Below, one piece after another: positions 1 to 10,800 of a stretch of DNA of 64,000 bases. The DNA comes from an uncultured delta proteobacterium. Lineage in GTDB: Bacteria > Myxococcota > Myxococcia > Myxococcales > Myxococcaceae. The translations under genes and the position numbers were made by a program. Position 1 is the stretch's first letter, and each line of letters starts with the position of its first letter. The stretch spans positions 107,011 to 171,010 of the forward strand of contig CAVYSY010000002.1 of NCBI GenBank assembly GCA_963771175.1, in the 5' to 3' direction. The notes beneath the pieces are model-generated. The model had not been told where the DNA came from. It did not search any database and saw nothing but the letters and a program-made list of their open reading frames with translations.

Positions 1-1327
1 GGATGACGCCGGTGCCCGCCGTGGACACCGCCTCCAGGCCGTCCGCCGAGCCGCCCGCCGTGCCTCGCAGGGCCAGGTCCCCGCGGCTGCGCGTGCCCGC
101 CTGGTAGGACTGGTCCCTCAGCTCCTTGCGGATGACGGAGTCGTACCGCTTGGACTCCAGGCGCTGCGCGTAGTGCGCGAGCTGCTCCACCTCCTCGGCG
201 ATGTCATAGGAGGCCTTGTCGAGGTTGGCGGAGAGCTCGGCGATGACCTGCCGCAGCCGCTGCGAGGCGGAGGCGAGGTCTCCCTTGTCGGCGAACTCCA
301 CGGCCTGGTCCTTGACGCGCGCGATGCGCAGACGGTTCGTCTGGGCCAGCACGTTCTTGTCCGCCGACACGGCCGCCGACTCCGAGGCCGAGCCCAGGTT
401 GGCCACGATGGGCACCTCGCCGGAAATCTCCCGGACGGCCCCGTCCACCACCGTCTGCGCGCGGAACACCAGCGTGGCGAGCGTCACCGGACCGGTCGCG
501 GCTCCCGCCTCCACCGACAGCTCCGCGGCGAGCTGCCGCTCCTCGGTGGCGTACACGTCGCCCAGCCCCACCGCCACCTCCTGGCCCCGGGCCTCGAAGC
601 GGTAGCGGTTGAGCACGCTGGCCACCTTCACCGTGGGCGCCGGCTTGAGCGTCACCTCCAGGTTCTGCGCGACGAGCGAGCCGAGGCCCTCCATCTCGAT
701 GTTGAAGACGCCCTCGGCGTCCTCCGGCGTCTGGATGTAATAGAAGTGCCCCTCGCCGGCGTTGGCCATGCCGATGAGCAGGTCCTCGTTGAAGTTGGCC
801 CCGAAGCCGAGCGTGGTGGTGATGACGCCGGCCGCCGACTTCTCCCGCGCCGTGGAGATGAGCGCCTGCGCATCCGTGATGCCCGCGTTGGCCTGGCCGT
901 CCGTCAGCAGCAGCACGCGGTTGATGCGCTCCTGGGCCTTGTTGGTGCCCACGTGCTCCACGCCCTTGAGCCAGCCGCCGCTGAGGTTGGTACACCCGCC
1001 GGCGCGCACCTTGGAGAGCACCGAGCCGATGGCCGCCTTGTCCGTGACGCGCGTGGGCGCGAGCACGGTGGACACCGCGTCGTCATAGGTGACGATGGAG
1101 AGCCAGTCCTCGGAGCCCATCCGCTCCACGAGCTGTCGTGAAGCCTGCAGCGCATGCTTGAGCGGAACGCCCGCCATGGAGCCCGAGCGATCGATGACGA
1201 GACTCAGGTTGAGCGAGCGCCGCGCGGCCGCCGCCGGGGCATCGGCCTGGAACGTCACCAGCAGGTCGACCTTCGAGGAGGTACCAACAGGGAGCACCGG
1301 ACGGCTGAGCGTGTAGGAAGCCTTCAT
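1..1327 (-). CDS. VWA (von Willebrand factor A) domain protein, 3' end runs off the window
   Basis: Read by hand (absent from the ORF track because it has no stop in the window): ATG at 1327, MKASYTLSRPVLPVG...LNLSLVIDRSGSM (MIDAS DxSxS)...GGCTNLSGG...VLLLTDGQAN...LGFGANFNEDLL; open to position 1. Confidence 0.9.
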   Translation of the reverse strand, partial: MKASYTLSRPVLPVGTSSKVDLLVTFQADAPAAAARRSLNLSLVIDRSGSMAGVPLKHALQASRQLVERMGSEDWLSIVTYDDAVSTVLAPTRVTDKAAIGSVLSKVRAGGCTNLSGGWLKGVEHVGTNKAQERINRVLLLTDGQANAGITDAQALISTAREKSAAGVITTTLGFGANFNEDLLIGMANAGEGHFYYIQTPEDAEGVFNIEMEGLGSLVAQNLEVTLKPAPTVKVASVLNRYRFEARGQEVAVGLGDVYATEERQLAAELSVEAGAATGPVTLATLVFRAQTVVDGAVREISGEVPIVANLGSASESAAVSADKNVLAQTNRLRIARVKDQAVEFADKGDLASASQRLRQVIAELSANLDKASYDIAEEVEQLAHYAQRLESKRYDSVIRKELRDQSYQAGTRSRGDLALRGTAGGSADGLEAVSTAGTGVI

Positions 1328-1433
1328 GGGTAGGCCCTTTCGAGGAGTGCGCGCGAGAGCCTATGCTCTCCCTCTGTCATGCGTCACCTGGGGCCGACCC
1401 ACCCTGCCACGTCGGCCCCGCCAGGAGAAGGAG

Positions 1434-4400
1434 ATGGGGGGCCCAATGATCTGCCTGGCCTGTGCCGAGCTCCGCGCCGCGGACTCCGGCGCCCGTTGCC
1501 CGAACTGCGGCGAGCCGCTCCTCCCCGCCACACCCGAGTCCCTCGACACGCTCGTCCAGGAGAAGCTGCGGCGGCGGATCTCCGACTGGCGGGACACGCG
1601 GCTGCTCGATGAGCGCACCGCGTCCCAGCTCACCGAATCCCTCCTCACCGGCGCGCCCGCCGCGGCCGTCGCGGTGTCGCTGCTCGAGGACGCGAGCACC
1701 CTGGAACAGAAGGCGGATGCGCTCGCCGGGAAGCTGGAGCAGGTGGAGGACTGGCGTCCCGACTGGGGCAAGGCGTTCTTCCAGGCGCTGGAGAAGGCGG
1801 CGCGAGAGGAGCGCGAGGCCAGGCACGAGCACCGCGACGAGGGAGACGGAATCGGCCTCGCGTCGGACTCGGGACAGGCGCTCTTCCACCGCGCGGATGC
1901 GAGCGCGCTCGGCGGAGGGCTGGATGCCGTGGCGGCGCTCGATGACGCCACGGAAGGAGCGCGCGGCGAGAATCCCAAGCTGCACGAGTACGTCTGGTGG
2001 TTCCTCGGCGCGGTGCTGGTGCTCGGCGGCTCCCTCATGGGCGTGCGCGAGGCGTGGCGCGCGCTCGGGGGCGTTCCGCGCCAGTTGCTCGTCACCGGCG
2101 CGCTCTTCGCCTACCACGCGGCCTTCATCGGACTGGGGACGTTCCTCGCGCGGCGCTCGACCTCGGCGGGACGGGTGCTCGCGGGGATTGGCATCGCGCT
2201 GCTGCCCGTCGTCTTCGTCGCGCTGTCCGCCCTGGTGGGGCTGAACCCGGCCGATGGGCGTGCCCGTCGCGGCCGGGGTCGCCGGCCTGAGCCTGCTCAC
2301 CTTGAGGCTCACGGGGCGCCTGCTGCACGGGGCTTCCACGGTGTCGCTCGGGGTGGCGCTGCTGCCCTCGCTGCTGGCCGGACTGCCGCTGATGGCGCTG
2401 GGTGAGGAGCCCTGGGCGCGCACCCTCTGCGCCTTCGCGGGAGTGGCGGCGCTCGGAGCCTCGGCGTGGCGGGTCGGGAAGGAAGGTGCGAGCCGGGCCG
2501 GGCTCGCCGTCCTGACCACGAGTCTCTATGGGGCGGTCGCCCTCGCCGTGTTCTCGGTGGCCAGCGCCCCCTCGGGCTTCGATGCCCTCTCGCCGGGGAG
2601 CCCCACCTTCGCGGGGATGACGCTCTGGGCGGTGGCGCTCGCCACGGTGGTGGCGGGCGTGGCCACGCGGAGTCAGGCACGCGAGGCCCATCCCCAGGCG
2701 GCTCCCGTGGTGGAGACGCTCGCGCACGCGGTGGTGGCCTGCGGAGCGCTCGCCGGAGCCATCTCGGCCTTCGTCCTGCCTCCCGGGGTGGCACCGTGGG
2801 TGGACCTCGCCTCGGCCTTCACGCCGGTGGCGGCGGCGCTGGCCTTCTTCGTGCTCCAGCCCCGGCGCCGGGCGCTGGTCCACCCGGCCGTGCTCGCCCT
2901 GGCCCTCGCCGGCGTGCTGCTGGCCCGTCTGGGGATGCCGGACGAGCCCCGCTGGTGGATGGTGGGAGTCGCCGCCGTGGGAGCGGGCCTGCTGCTCGTG
3001 GCCCGCCTGAGCGGGAACGACTTCCTCCGCTTCTGGCTGCTCGGCTGGGGCGTGGTGCTCTCGCTGGCCTCGCTGGCGCTGTCCTCTCGCGTCTTCAATG
3101 ACTGGGGCCCGGACACGGGATGGCCCGAGGTCGCCGCGGGCGCGCTGGTCGCAGTGGCCGCGCACCTCGCGGGTGGCTACCGCTGGAGGGCGCTGCACTA
3201 CCTGGGAGGCCTCGCGGTCTTCGTCGGAGTGCTCGGTGGCGTCTTCGCCATGAACGTGAGCGCGCCTACCTGGACGAGCGTGGCCGGGCTCACCCTGGTG
3301 GCGGGCCTCTATGGCCTGACCGGGCTCCTCCAGGAAGCGTGGATGCGCCGCACGGGGAAGACGAGCGAACTCCTCCCCCTGGATGACCTCTCGCTGGCCA
3401 TGGCCGCGCTGGGCGTGCTGCGCGCCCAATACGGGCTGAACCCCGGCTTCCAAGGAGAGTACCTCCTGCCGCTCCCGCTCTTCACGGAGGTGTTCCTCGT
3501 GAATATCGGGATCGCCCAGGTGCCGCTCGTCCTCGCCTCGGTGCTCCTGCTGCTGCGCGCGAGGAGGGACCGCAGCCGGCTCGTCAGCACCTGGGCCGCC
3601 TGGGGCCTCGCGCTCCCCGTCGTGCAGTTCAGCTTCGAGGCCCCCACCGTCCTGGAGGGCTCCGGCTCCCGCGTCCTGCTCCTCGCGCTCCTCGCACTCG
3701 GCTTCTCCGTCATCGCGATGCCGCGTGGACGAGGGCTCGAGGGGCCCACTCCCGCCAGACGAGGCCGGAAGCTGCTCGGGTGGGTCCGGTTGCCCTTCCC
3801 CGAGTGGGGCCGCCCGCTCTACACCGACGGCTTCGCCACCGTGGCCCTCGTGGTGGCCGCGTTCGCCGCCCTCATCCTCGGGGCCTGGGTGGCGCTGCCG
3901 GTCGAGCCCGAGCGTCCCCGGGTGCGTGCTCGCGGGCGCGTTGCTCACGGGCAGTGCGCTGCTCGCCTTCCTCTCGCGAGGCTTCGTCGCGTGGCGCCTG
4001 CGCGGCGCGGTGGGGACACTCGCCGTCGGGGGGCTCCTCATCGCGCTCACCGCGGTGCTCAACCGGGTGGGACGCCCACTCCCGCCCGACGTGGTCGCCT
4101 TGCGACTCCCGCTCATCGGCGTCGGTCTCTGGCTGCTGGCGCTCGCCGCCCGACGCTTCGGCCCGTGGCTCGCGCGCCTCCTGGAGAACGAGCCCCAGGG
4201 CCGCTTCTACCACCTCGTCCCGCACGCGGGCGTCGCCGCACTGGGCGTGGTGCTCGCGGTGGATGCCTTCCTCTTCGGCGGGCCCGACCTCACCCGCGCG
4301 CTGACGGTGGTGCCGCCGCTCATGCCCCTGGGCGCCGCGCTCCTGGCGCTGCTGCTCGCCTTCTCCTTCCGGGCGCCGGGCCTCGCCCACCTGGGACTGC

Positions 4401-6491
4401 TCCTGGGACTCCCAGGGGCCATGCTGTGGGCCGTCCACGCAGACCGTGCTCGGCCATGCACTGGTGGCACTGGCGCCTCCGGGTGGACACTGGGTGCGCG
4501 CCGGAGATGCTGGAGACGGCTCGGGACCTCGGCTGGCTCGCGCGAGATGCCTGGCTCCGCGCTCGGAGAGACACGCCCCGACGTGTGGTACCGGGCCTTC
4601 GATGGGCCTCGCCGCCGCGGGGCTCGTGTATGCCGGTGCGGGGCTGGCGCTGGTCCTGGTGAGCGCACGGCTCGCCTTCGTGCGCGCCTTCCTGTCCTCC
4701 GAGTCCGACTTGTTCGGCCAGGAACTCAGGCGAGCGCTGCACCACTGGTCGGGCATCGCCGCGTGGCTCGTCTTCATGGCGGCGTTCTTCCAACCCGGGC
4801 TGGAGGCGGCGGTGCTCACCTTCGCGTCCGGATGCTGCTGCTGCTCTCGGGCGGGGCGCGGGCCCAGGGGCGGCTGGTGCCAGGGCTGGGTCTCCTCCTG
4901 GTCATCCACGCCCTGGCGCACCGCGAGCCCATCCTCGGCGCCTGGCCGGGGCCGGTGTTCGCCCTGGTGGGGTTGGCTGGTGGTGGCGCTCAGCCCGTGG
5001 GTGGCCCGCTGGCGAGGGCGCGATGAGAGCGCGGTCCGGGCCCGTGCCCAACTGGGCGCGCTGTTCTACGCCCTGGTCGCGGTGGTGTACGCCCTGGCCA
5101 GCGGCGGCGAATCCGACCCGGTGGTGGCGGTCCCGGTGCTGCTGTTCAGGGCGCTCAATGGCCTCGCGGGGTTCTGGATGCGGTCTTTCGCCCTGCCGGC
5201 GACCTCGGCCCTCGTCGCCATCACGCTGTTCATCGGCGCGTCCCAGTGGAAGGGCGCGCTGTCGAAGCTGGGAGCCGGGTGGGCCTCGATGCTGGCGGGC
5301 TTCGCCGCCGTGACCGGACTCGCGGTGTGGCTCATGGCGGGCGCGGTGGGTTTCCCAGGCAAACCGAGCTACGACGACCTCCTCTCGTTGCACGGCACGG
5401 CGCTGGCGCTCTGCACGGCGGGAGTGGCGGCGCTGGCGCACGTCGCCAGCCGGCAGGTGCGGCACGGGCGCGAGGACATCGCCCGGGGCCTCGGCTGGGG
5501 CAGGGATTTCTGGCTCATCACGACGGGTGGACTGCTCGCGCTGGTGGCGGCGCTCATGGATGCGCCGGATGAGCGGGCACTCCCGCTGGCGAGCGCGGCC
5601 ATCGGGCTGGCGGTCGTGGTGTCGCTCCACTGCGCCTGGCGCGAGCGGACCGGCCGGCACGTGTACTTCGTGCAGGTGGCGGTGGTGGGTGTGTACGCGC
5701 TCGTGCGAGCCCTGTACGCCCGGGGCCTGCGCCCCGAGCACGATGCGCTCTTCGCGCTGGCGCTCGGCTTCGTGCTGGTGGGAGTGACGGTGCTGGCACG
5801 CCGGGCGGGCATTCCCCCGGTGGAGCGAGCGACGCGCCGGTTCGCGGCGCTGCTCCCCGTGGGCATGGCCCTGGTGCTCCCCGGCGAGGCCACGGGCGAG
5901 GCGGCACTGCTCGCGGGTGGCTCGGGTCTCCTGTACGCGGCGCTGGGCGCGGTGGAGCGCAGCCGGTGGTTCGGCTCGCTCGCGGCCACCGCCTGCAACG
6001 TGGCGCTCCTCATCGGCGCGCTCTCGATGGACATGGAGGGACTGGAGATCTACCTGGCGCCGCTCGGACTGCTGCTGTTGATGCTCGGTCAGCTCTTCAC
6101 GGGCAGCCTGCCCCACGCGGCGAGGAACGCGGTGCGCATCGTGGGCGGCCTGCTGCTGTACGTGCCCGCGGCGGCGAAGCTGACGCTGCAGATTGGACTG
6201 GCGGCGGATGGGACGTATGCCTTCGTGTTCGGCGCGGCGTGCCTCCTGGGCGTGGCGACCGGAATGGCCCTGCACATCCGTGCCTACCTGGCGCTGGGGA
6301 CGCTGTTCCTCACGCTGGACGTGGCCGCCACCCTCGTCCATGCCGGCCTGAGGGACCACCGCATCGGCTTCCTGGTGATGACGCTCACCGGCCTCACCAT
6401 CGTGGGCGGCCGGGTGCTGGCCACCCTGCGTCGCCAGGAGCTGGAGCTGCTGACGCGGCGCGTGCGGGTCGCGCTCCGAGGCTGGGACTGA
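1434..6491 (+). CDS. Giant polytopic membrane protein (~1,680 aa) with N-terminal Zn ribbon, frameshifted
   Basis: Consecutive hydrophobic ORFs 1326..2405, 2254..4662, 3725..5026 and 4446..6491 join through frame switches near 2253, 3920, 4440, 4600, 4830 and 4970. N-terminus CLAC...CPNC, then dozens of TM-like segments; ends ...RRVRVALRGWD. Confidence 0.75.
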
Positions 6492-6712
6492 GCGCAGGGG
6501 GCCAGCCCGGGGAGACCACTCCATCGGAGAGGAATCCCCCAGGGAACGGACTGGGGTGTGAATCTGGCATGATGGGAACCGTCGTAAAGCTCGAATCCGG
6601 CTCTGAAAAACTTCAATGAGTCAGGGTGCTTGTGAGGGGCGGGGGCGTGGACACCCGTCGAATGCCCGTGCCATCGTCGTTCACTTCCAGCTGTCTTACA
6701 GGACCCTTGAAG

Positions 6713-7855
6713 ATGCAAACGCTTCTGCTCTCCCTCCTGCTTGCCACGGCTGCTGCCGACGCCACCACCGAACAACGGGTCTACGTCCTCGGCTCCTCCA
6801 TCAATCTCCGGAAGGAGCCCTCCGCGGAAGCGGAGATCCTGGAGAAGCTCCAGATTGGCACGGAGTGCCACGTCATCGAGAAGCTCGAGGGGGCGTGGTT
6901 GAAGGTCTGCTGCGGAAAGAAGGGCGGCTACGCGTCCGCGTCCCTGCTGGGGCCGGAGAAGCCCTCGGCCGAGAAGCTCAAGGCCGAGGCGCAGGACATG
7001 CGTCTCCCGCTCAAGCAGCGCGAAGAGAGTGCACTGCGCGCCGCGACCCTCTCCCCCGAGGATATCGAGCTGCAGACGCTACTGGGAAACCTCTTCTTCG
7101 AGCGGAACCTCGAGCTGATGGCTGACATCAAGAAGCCGACGACCCTGCGGACGTTCAACCACACGTGCTTCAACCAGAGTGACATCTCCTGCATCGGAGA
7201 TGCCGCTGGTGCAGGGGTGAAGAACGTGAAGATCCGGGCCGAGACGAAGGGGAACCTGTTCGTGGTGGCTCTCGGGAACGCCGAGCGAGTGGCCGTCTAT
7301 CGCGGCAGATATAATATCAACAAAACCCATGTGCTGACGGGGGAGGTCCTCGAGTCCACCGGCTTCGCCACGACCCCAGTGCTGGAGAAGGCGCTCTTCT
7401 TCGGCATCAAGCCGCGCAATTCCGGCAGGTGGGACCTGGTCCTCGGTCAATTCGCGCTGGACGAGGCCTCTCATGCAACCCTGGACGGGCTTCCCAGGGA
7501 GTGGGGCCGCCTGGAGCCGAGTCCCCCCGAGGGCTTCTTGATGATGCAGTGGAACGACTGCTTGAAGAGGCCTTTCCTGTTGAAGTTCAACCCGGACATT
7601 CACGGCCGGTGGCGTCTCTCGATCGAGACCGTTGGTACTGATAATGCTGCAGAGAACTACTGGATAGCTGCGGTGTCGAAACGCGGCAGTGACCTCGAGT
7701 TGACACTCGAGCGGTATTACGGGGGCACGAAGCGAGAGGTGTTCAAGCTTCCGGAAGGCCGCAAGGACATCGCCTACCTGGGGGACAAGGCGTATTCCTT
7801 CAAGCTCGACAGGTACGCAGAGGAGCATCACCGTTGCATTCAGGGCGGTCCCTAG
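6713..7855 (+). CDS. Secreted SH3b-domain protein (candidate immunity protein)
   Basis: ATG 6713, signal peptide MQTLLLSLLLATAAA, then VYVLGSSINLRKEPSAEAEILEKLQIGTECHVIEKLEGAWLKV...GYASASLL, the bacterial SH3 pattern NLR..P....W.KV....GY. Confidence 0.8.
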   Translation: MQTLLLSLLLATAAADATTEQRVYVLGSSINLRKEPSAEAEILEKLQIGTECHVIEKLEGAWLKVCCGKKGGYASASLLGPEKPSAEKLKAEAQDMRLPLKQREESALRAATLSPEDIELQTLLGNLFFERNLELMADIKKPTTLRTFNHTCFNQSDISCIGDAAGAGVKNVKIRAETKGNLFVVALGNAERVAVYRGRYNINKTHVLTGEVLESTGFATTPVLEKALFFGIKPRNSGRWDLVLGQFALDEASHATLDGLPREWGRLEPSPPEGFLMMQWNDCLKRPFLLKFNPDIHGRWRLSIETVGTDNAAENYWIAAVSKRGSDLELTLERYYGGTKREVFKLPEGRKDIAYLGDKAYSFKLDRYAEEHHRCIQGGP

Positions 7856-7879
7856 GCCGGATCCTCTTGAGGGCACGTC

Positions 7880-10800
7880 ATGAAAAAGAACAGCAGGTAT
7901 TGGCCAGACTGGAAGTACGAGCTGCCGGACAAGCTGTTGGCCGTGTTGGACGAATACCACATCCTCAAGGTCCCGCTCCTCGGACAACACTATCCGGGAG
8001 GACCCTCGGACTGGTGCGGACGAACGTCGTGCTCCATGGCGTTCAACTACTACCAGCTCGTGCAGGGCGGTGATGTCGAGTCGAAGTTCATCACGCACTG
8101 GGATGGAGGGCAGCAGGGGCGCTTCGTGGATCTCCGCTACCCGGGCGGCCAACGGGCATTCCACACCGAAGCCAGTCGCTGATCCTCAAAACGTCAATCT
8201 CGATGGGTATGCGGTTTCAGACCCCAACTACACGGCGGGCGATATCGCGGTGGTTACGCCACCGTCCGACTTCACGTCGGGGGCATTCAGCGCATCCCCC
8301 ATCCTGGGCTTCTCACGAGGCGTGGTGTTGCCCTACGACACGTCCAACCGGAAGGAACTGGCGGCCCGGATCGCGAACGACCCCTCCCTCATCGCATCGA
8401 AACTCGAAACCATCCTCGAGGCCGTCACCTCCAACAACCCGGTCATCTTCTACTCCGGGTTCTCCATGCGGGGCAGCGAGCCGATCCACCTCATCCTCAT
8501 CACCGGCTATGCCTATCTGAAGGACGACACGGGCCGGCACCTCTGGCTCGCGGTGGCAGATCCCGCGACTCATGAGAAGAAGATCAAGGCGGGCATGTAT
8601 TCGGTGCCCACGCCGGCGGCAACGCACGATCTGGATTCGCTTTCCCAACTCAGCGGAAAGCACAACATGATTCGTGTGATTCCCGGAAACTGGGAGGAGG
8701 CCAAGGCCCCGTTGGTGTTGATCCGGGCCCGGAGGCTCTTCGAGGAGAACACCCACAGCAGTGCCCGCGATGACCTGTACATGGACTACTGGGGAGGTGA
8801 CAACAAGGGCGGCACCTTCATCTATTCACACCGGTTCACACCCGCTCCTCCCGAGTGTGTCTTCACCAACGTGGCGTACTCCGTCGCCTACCCCGTGGAC
8901 GGCCGGAAGGAGCGCTTCCGCCCGGTCAACTGCTACGCGATGACGGAAGGGGCCGCGAAGGGCCTCTTCCCCCTGGGCAGCCACCGGAATCTCCACTCGG
9001 GGGTCCACCTGGAGCTCTCCAGCTTCTCGCGAACGCATCCACCGCCACCTCCACCCGAGGAGAAGAAGGAGCAGTCCGCGGCGAAGGGCTCGAAGACGAA
9101 GGCTCAGGAGCCCAAGAAGGCCGAGCCCGCCACCACCGAGGCGTCCAAGTCTACGCCCACCCCGCAGGTCCTCCACAGAGAGGTGCGCTGTCTCGCGCCG
9201 GGATACATCGTGGCCGTCCGGCTGGCGAACGCCCTTCCTGAATCCAAGCCACAGGCGGCGGTGGGCACCGAGCCGGCCGCGGAGAACGAGCTGGCCGAGC
9301 TGGCGAAGAAGGCGCTCGAAAAGAACCAGTTGTCCAAGGAGTTCGCGGGAAATCACAACTCCTTCATCCTGGTCCGCCACGACGTCGAGGAGCTCATCCC
9401 GAAGAAGGAGCAGCAGCCGGACGGAGGAGAGGCGAAGCGCTTCACCTTCTACAGCCTCTACATGCACCTGGTTCCCCCTGACTGGAAGAAGGCGGGGACG
9501 TACCAGGACGTGGCCTGGCTCAAGATTCTCGCGCGCCGCGAGGGCTCTCTGACCGTGCTCGATCCACAGCACGAGGCGTTCCAGCAGGTCCGGTGGCTCC
9601 AGGGCGCGTTGGAGGGCGCTGGCAACGAGGCGGACATCGTCCCGAAGGTGGGCGGCACCTTCACCACGATCGGTTCGGACTCTCTCCAAGCCCCAGACGT
9701 TCCAACTCGGCGACGAGGAGGGGGACGGGACTACATCCGCGCGGTCTTCAAGAAGCCGGAGAGAGACCTGGCCGAGCTTCACAAGGCCCTCATCGGCGGC
9801 GAGGTCGTCACCCTGTGCCATCCCTATCTCAAGGTCCGGGCCGGCGAGTTGATCGGCTATCTCGACGACAAGAGCGAGGCGGTGGGCGACGGCTTCCTCC
9901 ACTGGGAGATCCTCGCGCCCAGTGAACAGGGCCAGCTCGAGCAGTTCCTGAAGTTCGCGGAGGAGAAGCTCGGGCTGTCGAGCGGCGGCAAGCCCTTCTT
10001 CGAGTTCTTCGAGGAGACAGGACCAGAACAACGTCTTCGATCCTCCCGCGCTGCAGACCGGCTCCAAGCGCGAGGGCGAGCTCGATTCCCTGCTGAAGCT
10101 CGCGCCCGTGTTGGAGCAGGCGGGTGACGACGAGAAGCGGCTCCTCGCCAGCTTCCTGGACACCTACAGCCAGGGCAAGCTCCGACAGCTCCTGGGCTCC
10201 TCCCGCGCGTTGCCGTTCTATGCTCCAAAGCCCGAGGACAAGCCCGCCGAGGAGAAGGTCCTCAGCTATCCCGTCGATGTTCTCCTCGAGAACTACAAGG
10301 ACTGCCTGCCCGCGGGGTCCTACAAGCTCCGGTTCACCTTCGAGCCGTCGTCCTGCCCGCCACAGGAGGTCGAGTACGACGGGCAGAAGACCCACGTTCG
10401 CATCTACGTGCCCGCGGGGGCGCGGAAGATCTTCGTGCAGCCAGCGACGCCGGGGAGCCTCTTCCTCCAGTCCGGAGGCTACCCGGGCAAGGAGGAGAGC
10501 CTGAAGAAGGATGTCGAGCACTTCAGGACCCTGGCCTCCGTGCGCTGGCGCAACGTCGTCCTCCGGCACCTCAATGACTGGAGTCCCGAAGGCATCGAGA
10601 AGCAGATGCTGGAGCATCTGAAGACCCGCACCGAAGATGGCGCTCGGCTCGGACACCCTGGACTCCACGAACGAGCAGCAGGCGAAGGAGCTCATCCAGA
10701 AGTACGCGGATGCCATCGGCTGGTGGGCAAACAATGAGAAACCGGTGCTGGGTCCCAAGGGGGACGAGAAGCCCCTGTTCGCCGACAATCCGGACAGCGA

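Noticed and set aside
173..1141. 322-aa plus-strand ORF and the many other long Arg/Ala/Pro-rich ORFs in the track (e.g. 22473..25151, 48528..50060)
   Set aside because: Shadow frames of real genes in high-GC DNA; no motifs, and they overlap well-supported CDSs.
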